From NCBI GenBank assembly GCA_049515535.1, contig JBEKTZ010000007.1, positions 124,001-188,000 of the forward strand: 64,000 nt of DNA, in the 5' to 3' direction. Under the pieces are notes generated by a model. That model was given only the letters and a program-made list of their open reading frames with translations, was not told the DNA's origin and ran no database searches. Positions 36,179-45,525 of the stretch are shown here, piece by piece. Position 1 is the first letter of the stretch, and every line of letters starts with the position of its first letter. The DNA is from Candidatus Aminicenantales bacterium. GTDB lineage: Bacteria; Acidobacteriota; Aminicenantia; Aminicenantales; UBA4085. Position numbers and translations under genes: made by a program.

Positions 36179-38673
36179 GCGAGGGTCGGATCTTTCGTCT
36201 CCTCAGGAAGTCCGTGGATTTGAAACCCGAAGAGACCAAGGGCGCGCTGCTGATGGCCCTTTATTTTTTCCTGATCACCTCCTCGGCCTACATCATCAAG
36301 GCCGTCAAGATTTCTCTTTTCCTGCACAGGCTCAATTTCACGAAACTTCCCTACGCGTATTTGGTCACGGCCGTCTTCATGGGCTTCGTCGTTTCGCTCA
36401 ACTCGAAACTCTTGAGATCCATGAACAGGCGGCGTTATGTGTCCGTGAGCCTGGAATTCTTTCTCGCCGGCCTGGTAGTGTTTTGGCTCCTCTTCAAGAT
36501 CTCCTGGAACGGGATCTTGATCCTTTATTGGCTGTGGTCAGATGTTTTCCTAGTGCTGTCGGTGACGCAATTCTGGATCCTCGTCTATGATTTGTATCAG
36601 CCTCGCCAGGCCAAGCGGTTCGTGAGTTTTTTCGTCAGCGGCGGCCTTCTCGGCGGGGTTTTCGGCTCTTTCCTCGTGACCGTCCTGGCCAAAGTCGTCG
36701 GGACGGAGAACCTTCTTCTCCTCTGTCCCGTGTTCCTGCTCTCGTGCCTTTGGATTGTTCAATCCGTGGCCAAAGCGCCGGCTGGGGGAATGAAGGAAAG
36801 GACGCCGGCGGGCGCCCGTCTCCCGAAGACAAAGGCCGGCGCCTGGAAGAGCTTTCAAGTCCTGGCCAAGAGTCGTTATCTCGTGCTTTTGAGCGCAGCG
36901 ATGGCCGTGGCCATCATCGTTTCCACGCTCATCGATTTTCAATTCAGCGCGATCATTAAGGCCAAATTCGGGGGGAATTCCGATGCGCAGACGGCGTTCC
37001 TCGGCATGTTTTTCACGGTCCTCCTCATCTTTTCCTGGTTTTTAAATGTGCTTTTGACCAATAGGGTCCTCCGAAGCTTCGGGATCCGCGTCGCCCTGTT
37101 GATCACGCCTCTGGCCCTGATGATCGGGTCGTGCGCCCTCTTTTTTATCCCGGCGGCCTTGAGGATTTATTGGGGCGTCGCGGCCAAAGGAGCCGACAAG
37201 AGTCTGACCCATACCTTCAGCCAGGCGACCCGGGAAGTCCTCTATATCCCGATTCCCCAGGAGATCAAGTATAAAGCCAAGATGTTCATCGACATCTTCG
37301 TCAATAAGCTCGGCGACGGGCTGGCCGCGGTGCTGTTGATGGTCTGCTACTCTCTCCTCGGGTTCTCCATTCCCGAAATCAGCTTGCTCACCCTCGCTCT
37401 CACCGCGTTTTGGATGATTCTCAATGTTCGGCTCATGCGCGAGTACGTGGGCATCGTCAAGAAAAACCTGACCATCAAATGGCCGGACGCCGATAAATTC
37501 GTCTTCGAACAAATCGACGTCGATGCGACGAAGCTTGTCTTCGATACGCTGGAGAGCAAGCAGCGCAGTTCCGTTCTCTACGCGATGAACCTGCTCGACC
37601 TGATCAAAAGGGATAAGCTGAGCCCGGAGCTCAAGTCCATCATCGCTTCGAAGCGCTCGGAGGTCCGGGCCGGATCGTTCGATTCGCTCATGGACATGAA
37701 AGGGGAGGCGTTCGCTCCCGAGTGGGACGATGGGCTCGAGGAGCGGGACCTGGATACCCAAGTCCGGGAAATCCTCTCGCTCGACGTCTATCAGGAGTTG
37801 ATGCGGGCGCGCGTCGAAAGCCTCGCGACGTCCAAGGACAGTGACGCCCTCGTTTCCCAAATGGAGATCGCCAAGTCGCTGGGTATGATGGCGACGGATT
37901 CCCCGCTCGTCCAGAACCTGGCCCGGCTGCTGCGGCACGATTCTCCCGAGGTCGTCCGCTATGCCCTCGAGAGCGCGGGCCGGCAAAAAAAAAGAGAGTT
38001 CGTTCCTTGGATCCTGCCCCATCTCGGTCAGCCCGCGACGCGCCAGTCCGCGAGCCAAGCGTTGCTCGAATATGGGGACAAGATCGCGGGAACGCTCAAG
38101 GATTATCTGGCCGACCCAAAGACGGACATCGAGGTGAGGCGGGCCGTTCCGGATATCCTGGCGGGCATGGGGACCCAGCGGGCGACGGATTTTCTCGTCC
38201 GGGAGCTTAAAGAGCGGGATCCGGACGTGCAGACGGAACTCATCGAGGCGCTGACCAAGCTCCGGTCCAGAAATCCGGGTCTTCGATTTTCCGAACGGAC
38301 GATCGTCCCGGAGATTTTCGCCGCTATCCATAAAGCCTGCGTCCTCGTGTTCGAGCTTTTCAAGTTCCGGAAAGAGAATCCAAAGGGGGGAGAGGCCGGC
38401 GAGCTCGAGAATGTCCTGGCCCGCATCTTGAAACAGATCTTCGAGCTTCTCAGCCTCATATATCCCCATGAGGATGTGATGAGGGCTTATCAGGATTTTC
38501 GCGAAGGGACGCAGACCTCCGTTGATTACGCGCTCGAGTTGCTGGAGAATATCCTGAAAAAGGACATCAAGGACGCGCTTCTTCCCTTGCTCGAGGAGCG
38601 GCCCCTGGACGAAAAAGCTCAAATTTGCCGCAAGATTCTCAAGATGCTCGAGAAATTCGAAGGGACGAAATGA
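36175..38673 (+). CDS. NTT nucleotide transporter-HEAT repeat fusion, paralogue
   Basis: QFWILVYDLYQPRQAKRF, EVLYIPIP..IKYKAKMFID; HEAT-like repeats; ATGA overlap with the previous gene. Confidence 0.85.
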   Translation: MSEGRIFRLLRKSVDLKPEETKGALLMALYFFLITSSAYIIKAVKISLFLHRLNFTKLPYAYLVTAVFMGFVVSLNSKLLRSMNRRRYVSVSLEFFLAGLVVFWLLFKISWNGILILYWLWSDVFLVLSVTQFWILVYDLYQPRQAKRFVSFFVSGGLLGGVFGSFLVTVLAKVVGTENLLLLCPVFLLSCLWIVQSVAKAPAGGMKERTPAGARLPKTKAGAWKSFQVLAKSRYLVLLSAAMAVAIIVSTLIDFQFSAIIKAKFGGNSDAQTAFLGMFFTVLLIFSWFLNVLLTNRVLRSFGIRVALLITPLALMIGSCALFFIPAALRIYWGVAAKGADKSLTHTFSQATREVLYIPIPQEIKYKAKMFIDIFVNKLGDGLAAVLLMVCYSLLGFSIPEISLLTLALTAFWMILNVRLMREYVGIVKKNLTIKWPDADKFVFEQIDVDATKLVFDTLESKQRSSVLYAMNLLDLIKRDKLSPELKSIIASKRSEVRAGSFDSLMDMKGEAFAPEWDDGLEERDLDTQVREILSLDVYQELMRARVESLATSKDSDALVSQMEIAKSLGMMATDSPLVQNLARLLRHDSPEVVRYALESAGRQKKREFVPWILPHLGQPATRQSASQALLEYGDKIAGTLKDYLADPKTDIEVRRAVPDILAGMGTQRATDFLVRELKERDPDVQTELIEALTKLRSRNPGLRFSERTIVPEIFAAIHKACVLVFELFKFRKENPKGGEAGELENVLARILKQIFELLSLIYPHEDVMRAYQDFREGTQTSVDYALELLENILKKDIKDALLPLLEERPLDEKAQICRKILKMLEKFEGTK

Positions 38674-38759
38674 CGGGACACGGATCCGCGTTTTTCGCGA
38701 AAACGTCCCGCGCACAAGCCGGGCCGCGGTTATGATATAATGAACCCTTCGAGCCGACG

Positions 38760-40436
38760 ATGGCGACATTATATATATATCCCAAGGATGGCGAGTCTTA
38801 TACCATTCCCCTGAAAGACCGGCAGGTGACGCTCGGCCGTTCGGCCGAAAACGACATCCCCATTCCCGACCCGTTCAGCTCGAGCCGCCACGCTCTCATC
38901 TTTCCCTCGGACACCGGCTACGCGGTCAGGGACAACGGCAGCAAGAACGGCACCTTCGTCAACGGCAAGAAGATCGGCGCCGCGACCGAGCTCAAAGAAG
39001 GGGACGAGATCCTCATCGGCTCGGTCCGCATTCTTTTCGACAAGGCGCTGCTGACGAACATCGAACTGACGGATGCGCCGACGGTGCAGACGAATGTCAA
39101 TACCGTCATTCCGTTCAAGGATATTTTGGCCAAGCCGACCCAGCGGACGACGATCCAGGCGACGATCCCCTTCAACGAGGTGGACCAGGTCCGGGCCGAG
39201 AACAAGATCTTTTCCGTTCTCAGCGAGGTCAGCCAGGCGCTCCTCCTGCACAAGCCTCTGGCCGAGCTCCTGGATCACATCATGGATCTCCTTTCGGTTC
39301 ACCTCACGATGGACAGGGGCGTCCTGATGCTCAAGGAAGGAAATCCCGTCCAACTGATCCCCAAGGTCATCCGGATCAACAGCAAACACCTGCAAACCCA
39401 GAAGATCCAGGTCAGCCGGAGCATCATAAACATGGCTTTTGAGCAGCATCTCGCCGTCCTGACCTCGGACGCGTTGGTCGACCCGCGATTCCAGGGCCGG
39501 GAGAGCATCATCAGCTCGGGGATCCATTCGGCGATGTGCGTTCCGCTATGGAACAACAAAGAGATCATCGGGATCATTTATGCCGATCGGATCTCGCTCC
39601 TCCAGGAATTTCGGGAGGAAGACCTGAGGCTCCTGACGTTGCTCTCCAACCTGGCCGCCGTCAAGATCGAGAACGCGTCGCTCATCGAACAGGCCATAGA
39701 AAAGGAGAAAATGGAGCGGGAGATGCAGCTGGCGGCCCAGATCCAGAAAGATTTCCTGCCCAGGACCACTCCGTCTTGCGAGAAATTCGACATCGCCGGC
39801 AAAAATGTGTCCTGCCATCAGGTCGGCGGCGACTACTATGATTTCCTCCCTATCGACCCGGGCCGCATCGGCATCACCGTGGCGGATGTTTCCGGAAAGG
39901 GCGTCAGCGCCTCCCTGCTCATGGCCTCGCTCCGGGCGGCCCTCCATTCGGAAGTCCATTCCCGCTACGAGATGGGGGCCATGTCGGCCAAGCTCAACGA
40001 CTTCGTCCAGCGCAGCTCCGCCATAAACACGTTCATCACGTTCTTCTTCTGCGAACTGAACATAGAAACGGGGGATCTGACGTTCGTCAACGCCGGCCAC
40101 AATCCTCCGCTGGTCGTCGGCCAGGACGGAAAAATGCGGACGCTGGCGAGCTCCGGGCTTTGCCTGGGGATGCTGCCGCAGATGACCTATGAGGTGAGGA
40201 AAGAAATCCTCAAACCCGGCGACATCATTCTGATGTACACGGACGGCATCACGGAAAGCCGGAGCCCGGACAATGAGGAATTCGGCGACGGACGGCTGGC
40301 CGATATCTGCCGGAGAAATAGCGGGGCGCCGGCCGGCGAGCTGATGAATGCCGTCTTTCGCGACCTGGACGACTTCACGCGGAAGGCCCCGGCGGCCGAC
40401 GATCGAACCATCGTCGTCGTCAAAAGGCTGTCCTAA
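38760..40436 (+). CDS. FHA-GAF-PP2C (SpoIIE/RsbU-like) phosphatase
   Basis: LGRS/SSRHA/SKNGT FHA; CVPL GAF; GGDYYD, DVSGKG, NAGH, YTDGITE, DD. Confidence 0.93.
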   Translation: MATLYIYPKDGESYTIPLKDRQVTLGRSAENDIPIPDPFSSSRHALIFPSDTGYAVRDNGSKNGTFVNGKKIGAATELKEGDEILIGSVRILFDKALLTNIELTDAPTVQTNVNTVIPFKDILAKPTQRTTIQATIPFNEVDQVRAENKIFSVLSEVSQALLLHKPLAELLDHIMDLLSVHLTMDRGVLMLKEGNPVQLIPKVIRINSKHLQTQKIQVSRSIINMAFEQHLAVLTSDALVDPRFQGRESIISSGIHSAMCVPLWNNKEIIGIIYADRISLLQEFREEDLRLLTLLSNLAAVKIENASLIEQAIEKEKMEREMQLAAQIQKDFLPRTTPSCEKFDIAGKNVSCHQVGGDYYDFLPIDPGRIGITVADVSGKGVSASLLMASLRAALHSEVHSRYEMGAMSAKLNDFVQRSSAINTFITFFFCELNIETGDLTFVNAGHNPPLVVGQDGKMRTLASSGLCLGMLPQMTYEVRKEILKPGDIILMYTDGITESRSPDNEEFGDGRLADICRRNSGAPAGELMNAVFRDLDDFTRKAPAADDRTIVVVKRLS

Positions 40437-40508
40437 TCGAAGGATTTTGGGCCCGTCTCCCTTTTTTCTGGCATTTTTACCGCAAATTTCTTATGATATT
40501 GGGACACT

Positions 40509-41681
40509 ATGAGGAAAGGTTTGGTTATGAACAAAGCTGTTTTAAGAAAAACCACGCTCCTATTCGTTTTCGCCGCGGCCTGCTTCCTTGCGGCAACGGG
40601 CCGATCTCCGGTTCAAACGGGTCCGGCCTTGTCCCCCGATCCGGTTTTCGATGAGATCGCCAGATTCATTAGCGGGCTTCCCTGCGCTTCCGATAATTTG
40701 AAGGCGCTTCAAGAGACTCCGGAATGGAAGGCCTACGTCGCCGGCCTCGAAAAAAGCTGGTCCGAGTTGGACGCCAAACGGTTGCAGCCCATGCGGACTT
40801 GGGCGGAGACCGAAATCGCCGATTCCGGTGCGGCTACGACCACGCTGTTCTATCCCTTCGGCGGGCCCGATTTTCTGACGGCATTCTATTTTTATCCCAA
40901 TGCCGACACGTATGTCCTCATGGGCCTCGAATTCGTCGGCAGGTTGCCGGATTTCAAGAAGGACGTTCCCAACAAGGAGAAACACGTCGGCAACTATCTG
41001 GCGAACCTCAACGCGGCCCTGGCCGACTTTTTCAATAAAAGCTATTTCATCACCAAGAACATGAACACGGCCCTGGCCCGGGACAAGGTGGATGGCGTCC
41101 TGCCCGTCATCTGCTTTTTTGTGGAGAGGACGGACCATGTGATCGCGGCCATTAAGCGCTGCGAGGTTCTGGACAACGGCGACGTCCTGGAATACGACTA
41201 CGGGATGTCGCGAAAGGTCAGGCAGCCCTACGGCATCAAGATCGAATTTTTCGCGCGCGGGACGAACAGGCTCCGCTCGCTCTATTACTTTTCCTGCGAC
41301 CTGTCCGACGAGCCCTTCGCCAAGAACAAGCCGATTTACCTTTACGCGAACAATTTGAATTTCGAGACGACTTTCATCAAATCGGCGTCTTATCTCCTGC
41401 ATTATAAATTCTTTTCCAGCATTCGCGGGCTGATTCTCGCCAAGAGCCGCTTCGTCCTGGAGGACGATACCGGGATCCCGTATAAGTATTTCGCGCCCAA
41501 GGATTGGGAGGCCCAGCTCTATGGCGAATACATCAAGCCGGTCAGCGATTTCAAAGGCGTGGACCAGGCCGATCTCGAAGCCGCCTACGCGGACGTCGCC
41601 AGGATCAAAAAACTGCCTTTCCATCTCGGATATCATTGGGGATCCAATAAAGACTCGATCCTCTATTTCAAGAAGAAATGA
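40509..41681 (+). CDS. Exported protein of unknown function
   Basis: Signal-like N-terminus; FYPFGGPDF, GLE, KSASYLLH, EDDTGIP. Confidence 0.7.
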   Translation: MRKGLVMNKAVLRKTTLLFVFAAACFLAATGRSPVQTGPALSPDPVFDEIARFISGLPCASDNLKALQETPEWKAYVAGLEKSWSELDAKRLQPMRTWAETEIADSGAATTTLFYPFGGPDFLTAFYFYPNADTYVLMGLEFVGRLPDFKKDVPNKEKHVGNYLANLNAALADFFNKSYFITKNMNTALARDKVDGVLPVICFFVERTDHVIAAIKRCEVLDNGDVLEYDYGMSRKVRQPYGIKIEFFARGTNRLRSLYYFSCDLSDEPFAKNKPIYLYANNLNFETTFIKSASYLLHYKFFSSIRGLILAKSRFVLEDDTGIPYKYFAPKDWEAQLYGEYIKPVSDFKGVDQADLEAAYADVARIKKLPFHLGYHWGSNKDSILYFKKK

Positions 41682-43045
41682 CCAACCGGACGAAATTCAG
41701 CCTGGCGACGGCCACGTCCCTCGTCATCGCCAACATGGTCGGGGCCGGCGTTTTCACCAGCCTGGGCTTTCAAGTCGAAAGCCTTTCCTCGGGGTTGGCC
41801 CTCATTTTCCTTTGGGCCCTCGGGGGGATGATCGCGCTCTTCGGGGCGCTCACGTATTCGGAGGCCGGCATCCTCTATCCGCGCTGCGGCGGCGAATATC
41901 ATTACCTGACCAAGATGTACCATCCGGCCATCGGATTCCTCTCGGGTTGGATCTCGCTTGTCGTGGGATTCGCCGCTCCCGTCGCGGCCACTTCGATGGC
42001 CCTCGGCAAATATCTCTGCGGAGCCTTGCGACTGCCGGAGGCGCTGCCCGGAGCGCTCTCTTTTATCCGGGCGCAGTCCTTCGTCGCCGTGACGGTTGTC
42101 GTGGTATTGACCGTCATCCACGCCGTAAACAAAAATATCGGCGCCAGGTTCCAGACCGTCATCACGCTGTTCAACATCCTTTTCATCCTGAGCATTGTCG
42201 GGCTCGGCCTGGCCTTCGGAAAATCGACGCACCTGTCCTTCGCCCTGTCGCGAGGGGCCGTCCATGACATTTTCAGCCCGGCCTTCGCGATTTCCATGTT
42301 CTTCGTTTCCTTCGCCTATTCCGGCTGGAACGCGGCGGCCTATGTCGCGGGCGAAATCGACCGGCCGTCCAGGAACCTGCCCATCAGCCTGATCGCGGGG
42401 ACGCTCTTCGTCATCGTCATGTACCTGCTTTTGAACTTCGTTTTTCTCTATGCCGTGCCCATCGCCCAGTTGAAAGGGCGGGAGGAGATCGGGCTCATTT
42501 TCGCGACGCATGTATTCGGGAATACGGCCGGGAGGATCATGGGCGGAATCATCTCGTTCCTTCTCCTGGCCAGCGCCAGCGCGATGGTCATCGCCGGTCC
42601 GAGGGTCAATAAAGTCATCGGCGAGGATTATCATCTGTTCCGCTGGATGGGCCGGGCGAGCCGGCAGGATACCCCCTCGATAGCCATCGCCGTTCAAGGC
42701 GTTCTGTCGCTCATCTATATCTTGACGTCGACGTTCAAGCAAGTCGTCATCTTCATCGGCTTCACCCTGAACCTGTTCACGTTCCTGACGGTGTTGGGGG
42801 TGATCATCGTCAGGATAAAGCATCCGGAGCTTCCGCGGCCTTATAAGACCATCGGATACCCGGTCGTGCCGGGATTGTTCCTCTTGATCAGTCTCTGGAT
42901 TCTCACCTATGGAGTGATTTATAAGACGAAGGAATCCCTGGCCGGAATCACGATCACGGCGATCGGACTCCTGGTCTATTGGATCGACAAGAAATTGAGA
43001 CCTGGGGATTTCCGGCCGGCCGAAGACGCGTCCTGCCCGGAATAG
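41678..43045 (+). CDS. APC family amino acid permease
   Basis: NMVGAGVF, GGEY.YL, FAYSGWN..AYVAGE, RPYK..GYP. Confidence 0.92.
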   Translation: MTNRTKFSLATATSLVIANMVGAGVFTSLGFQVESLSSGLALIFLWALGGMIALFGALTYSEAGILYPRCGGEYHYLTKMYHPAIGFLSGWISLVVGFAAPVAATSMALGKYLCGALRLPEALPGALSFIRAQSFVAVTVVVVLTVIHAVNKNIGARFQTVITLFNILFILSIVGLGLAFGKSTHLSFALSRGAVHDIFSPAFAISMFFVSFAYSGWNAAAYVAGEIDRPSRNLPISLIAGTLFVIVMYLLLNFVFLYAVPIAQLKGREEIGLIFATHVFGNTAGRIMGGIISFLLLASASAMVIAGPRVNKVIGEDYHLFRWMGRASRQDTPSIAIAVQGVLSLIYILTSTFKQVVIFIGFTLNLFTFLTVLGVIIVRIKHPELPRPYKTIGYPVVPGLFLLISLWILTYGVIYKTKESLAGITITAIGLLVYWIDKKLRPGDFRPAEDASCPE

Positions 43046-43051
43046 AGATTC

Positions 43052-44287
43052 TTACGCGAAAAATTCCGGCGGGGCCGCCTGGATCCGGGCGATGTCCGTC
43101 ACCCTTCCCCGAATGTCGAACCCCTGGGCGCATCGGACCGCGCAGCTGGCGCAGTTCCCGCACGGATTCTCGGATATCTTCGAGGACGCGACGAGATCGT
43201 AGGCCGCGCCCAGGTTTTTGTATCCGTAAGCGTACATGAAGCTGCGCATCAGGGCCGGGATGGGCAGGGCGTTCGGGCATTGCTCGAGACACTGATTGCA
43301 CCCTTGGCAGTAGAGGCCGCTCTCTTGGGGAACGAGCCGCAGGTCTTTCTTCTCAGCCTCGGTCAGCGTGATGTCTTTGACGACGGAGAGGTTGAGCTCG
43401 AGCTGGTCGAAGGCGGTCATGCCGGGGATGGCTGTCGTGATGCCGGGATTACGGAGGACCCATTTCAAGGCCGCCTTGGCGTTAATCGGCTGTTGCCGTT
43501 CCCGGTCGAAGTAATTGCCGGCCAGGGTCTTCATGGCGATGATGCCGAGGCCCGCCTGGGCCGCCTCGGCGATGGCTTTGTCCAACTCGACGAGATTGGC
43601 CTTTCGAAAATTGTAGCCCGACAGTACCACGTCGTAGAATTTGCTTTCGATCGCGGCCCGGATGACCTCGTGCTCGTTGCTGTGGGTCGAGACGCCGACG
43701 AAGCGGGCTTTGCCGCTCTTTTTCGCGGTTTCCAGGGCTTTCATCAGGGGCTCGAAAAGGACGGCATCGCGGTAAATGACGTTGTGGATGTAGAGGATGT
43801 CGACGTATTCCAGGCCGAGCCGCTTGAGGCTGAGGTCGAATTTTTCGAGAAAAGGCTCGGCCTTGGTCTCTGCCGAGAACAGGCGCGTCCGTCCGTCGGC
43901 CGGCTCTCCGGGGACTTTCGTGGCGAGGAAAAAGGAATCGCGCGGCCTGCCCTGGAGGACCTTTCCGATCTGCTCTTCGTTGCGGCCCCGCATATAGTTG
44001 TGGGCTGTGTCGAGGTGGACGAGGCCGGCGTCGAGCACAGCGCGGATCAGGTTCTCGCTGTCCGAATTCATGACGCCCATGGAGACGACGGGCAGGGTGA
44101 CGCCGGTCTTCCCGAGCTTGCGGTAGATGAATCCGTCTTTTTTCGTCTCGGCCTTGGGAGCCGTGAAAACTTTCTGCCCGCCTTTAAGGGCTGAGGGGAG
44201 CGCGGCCAGCGCCCCGGCGCCCGCCACGCCCAACAGGCTGTTCTTCAAAAAGGATCGCCGATCGATGCCGGATGGTTTTTGATTCAC
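43052..44287 (-). CDS. Aldo/keto reductase with Tat-like signal and C-terminal Fe-S motif
   Basis: GTG after AGGAG; DRRSFLK; DTAHNY; IIAMK; CxxCxxCxxxCP and CxxCxxCxxxC. Confidence 0.88.
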   Translation of the reverse strand: MNQKPSGIDRRSFLKNSLLGVAGAGALAALPSALKGGQKVFTAPKAETKKDGFIYRKLGKTGVTLPVVSMGVMNSDSENLIRAVLDAGLVHLDTAHNYMRGRNEEQIGKVLQGRPRDSFFLATKVPGEPADGRTRLFSAETKAEPFLEKFDLSLKRLGLEYVDILYIHNVIYRDAVLFEPLMKALETAKKSGKARFVGVSTHSNEHEVIRAAIESKFYDVVLSGYNFRKANLVELDKAIAEAAQAGLGIIAMKTLAGNYFDRERQQPINAKAALKWVLRNPGITTAIPGMTAFDQLELNLSVVKDITLTEAEKKDLRLVPQESGLYCQGCNQCLEQCPNALPIPALMRSFMYAYGYKNLGAAYDLVASSKISENPCGNCASCAVRCAQGFDIRGRVTDIARIQAAPPEFFA

Positions 44288-44465
44288 GCTATTCTCCTCT
44301 CCCGCGGGCGATGCGAACGGTGAGAAGCTCCGTCCCGTTTCGCCCAAATTTCTATTAAAAATATAGATTTAATAGCATATGTCCAAGGGACTGTCAAATG
44401 GGCTCGCTCCGCTCCTCGAATTTCGACTATAATATCGTCCTGAATCGAACGTCAAGGAAAACGAT

Positions 44466-45410
44466 ATGAACGATGCGGCGAAGACTCCGTCTCTCCCGAA
44501 AAAATGGCTGATCGCTGCGCGCCCTTGGGCCCTGCCGGCCTCGACCATGCCGGTCGTCTTCGGGACGTCCATGGCCGTCGTCGTCGGAGGCGCGCGGCTC
44601 GCCCCGTTCGGATTTCTGCTCGCCCTGCTGGCCATGATCGTCCTTCACTCGGCGGCCAATATGCTGAGCGATGTCTTCGATTTCCGGCGCGGACTGGACA
44701 AGGACGTCACGCCGATGAGCGGAGCCATCGTCCGGGGCTGGCTTTCGGGCGGGGCGGTGGCCGCGGGATCGGCCGTCCTTTTCGCGATCGGCGTCGCCGC
44801 CGGCCTCTGGCTTGTCGCCCTGACGGGAACGGCCCTTCTCGTCATCGGGGTCGCGGGGGTCATGATCGGGGCTTCCTATTCGCTGCTCAAATATCACGCC
44901 CTGGGGGACCTAGCCGTTTTCCTGAATTTCGGCCTTCTCGGGTCGCTCGGGGCCTGGGTCGTCCAGACGCGCTCATTCTCCTGGATCCCGGTCGTCTGGA
45001 CCGTCCCCATGGCCATGCTCGTCATCGCCGTCCTCCACGCCAACAACTGGCGCGACATCGGCTCGGACGCGGAACGGCGGGTGAAGACGTTCGCCTCGAT
45101 CCTGGGAGACCGGGGATCATTCATCTATTACGGGATTCTGATCTTCGGTTCCATGATCGTCATTTTTGGCTTGATGTCCGTCCCACGACTCGTTTGTTCC
45201 GGGCCCATGGCCATGCCTTGGACGTTCGCGGTCATTCTCCTGGCCCTGCCGCGCGCACTCCAACTGTGGGGACGCGCGAAGCGGCGCTTCCAGCCGCTTC
45301 GTCCCCTGGATTTCGTCATCCTGGACGGAGCGACCGCCCAATATAATTTGATTTTCGGCTTGTTGTGCACCGCCGCTTTATGGCTGCGGTATTTGCTGGC
45401 CGGGTTGTGA
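44466..45410 (+). CDS. menA: UbiA-family prenyltransferase, MenA-like
   Basis: ARPWALPAS, ANMLSDVFD, NNWRDIGSD....KT. Confidence 0.75.
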   Translation: MNDAAKTPSLPKKWLIAARPWALPASTMPVVFGTSMAVVVGGARLAPFGFLLALLAMIVLHSAANMLSDVFDFRRGLDKDVTPMSGAIVRGWLSGGAVAAGSAVLFAIGVAAGLWLVALTGTALLVIGVAGVMIGASYSLLKYHALGDLAVFLNFGLLGSLGAWVVQTRSFSWIPVVWTVPMAMLVIAVLHANNWRDIGSDAERRVKTFASILGDRGSFIYYGILIFGSMIVIFGLMSVPRLVCSGPMAMPWTFAVILLALPRALQLWGRAKRRFQPLRPLDFVILDGATAQYNLIFGLLCTAALWLRYLLAGL

Positions 45411-45525
45411 GGCAGCCGGGCCGGTCGACAGGTCGCGCCCTTTGACCGGCGGACGGCCTCTGATATAATGAGCCCTCCTGATAACGAACATTAAAACGCC
45501 GTCCGAGGACATATAAAGAGCCGAT

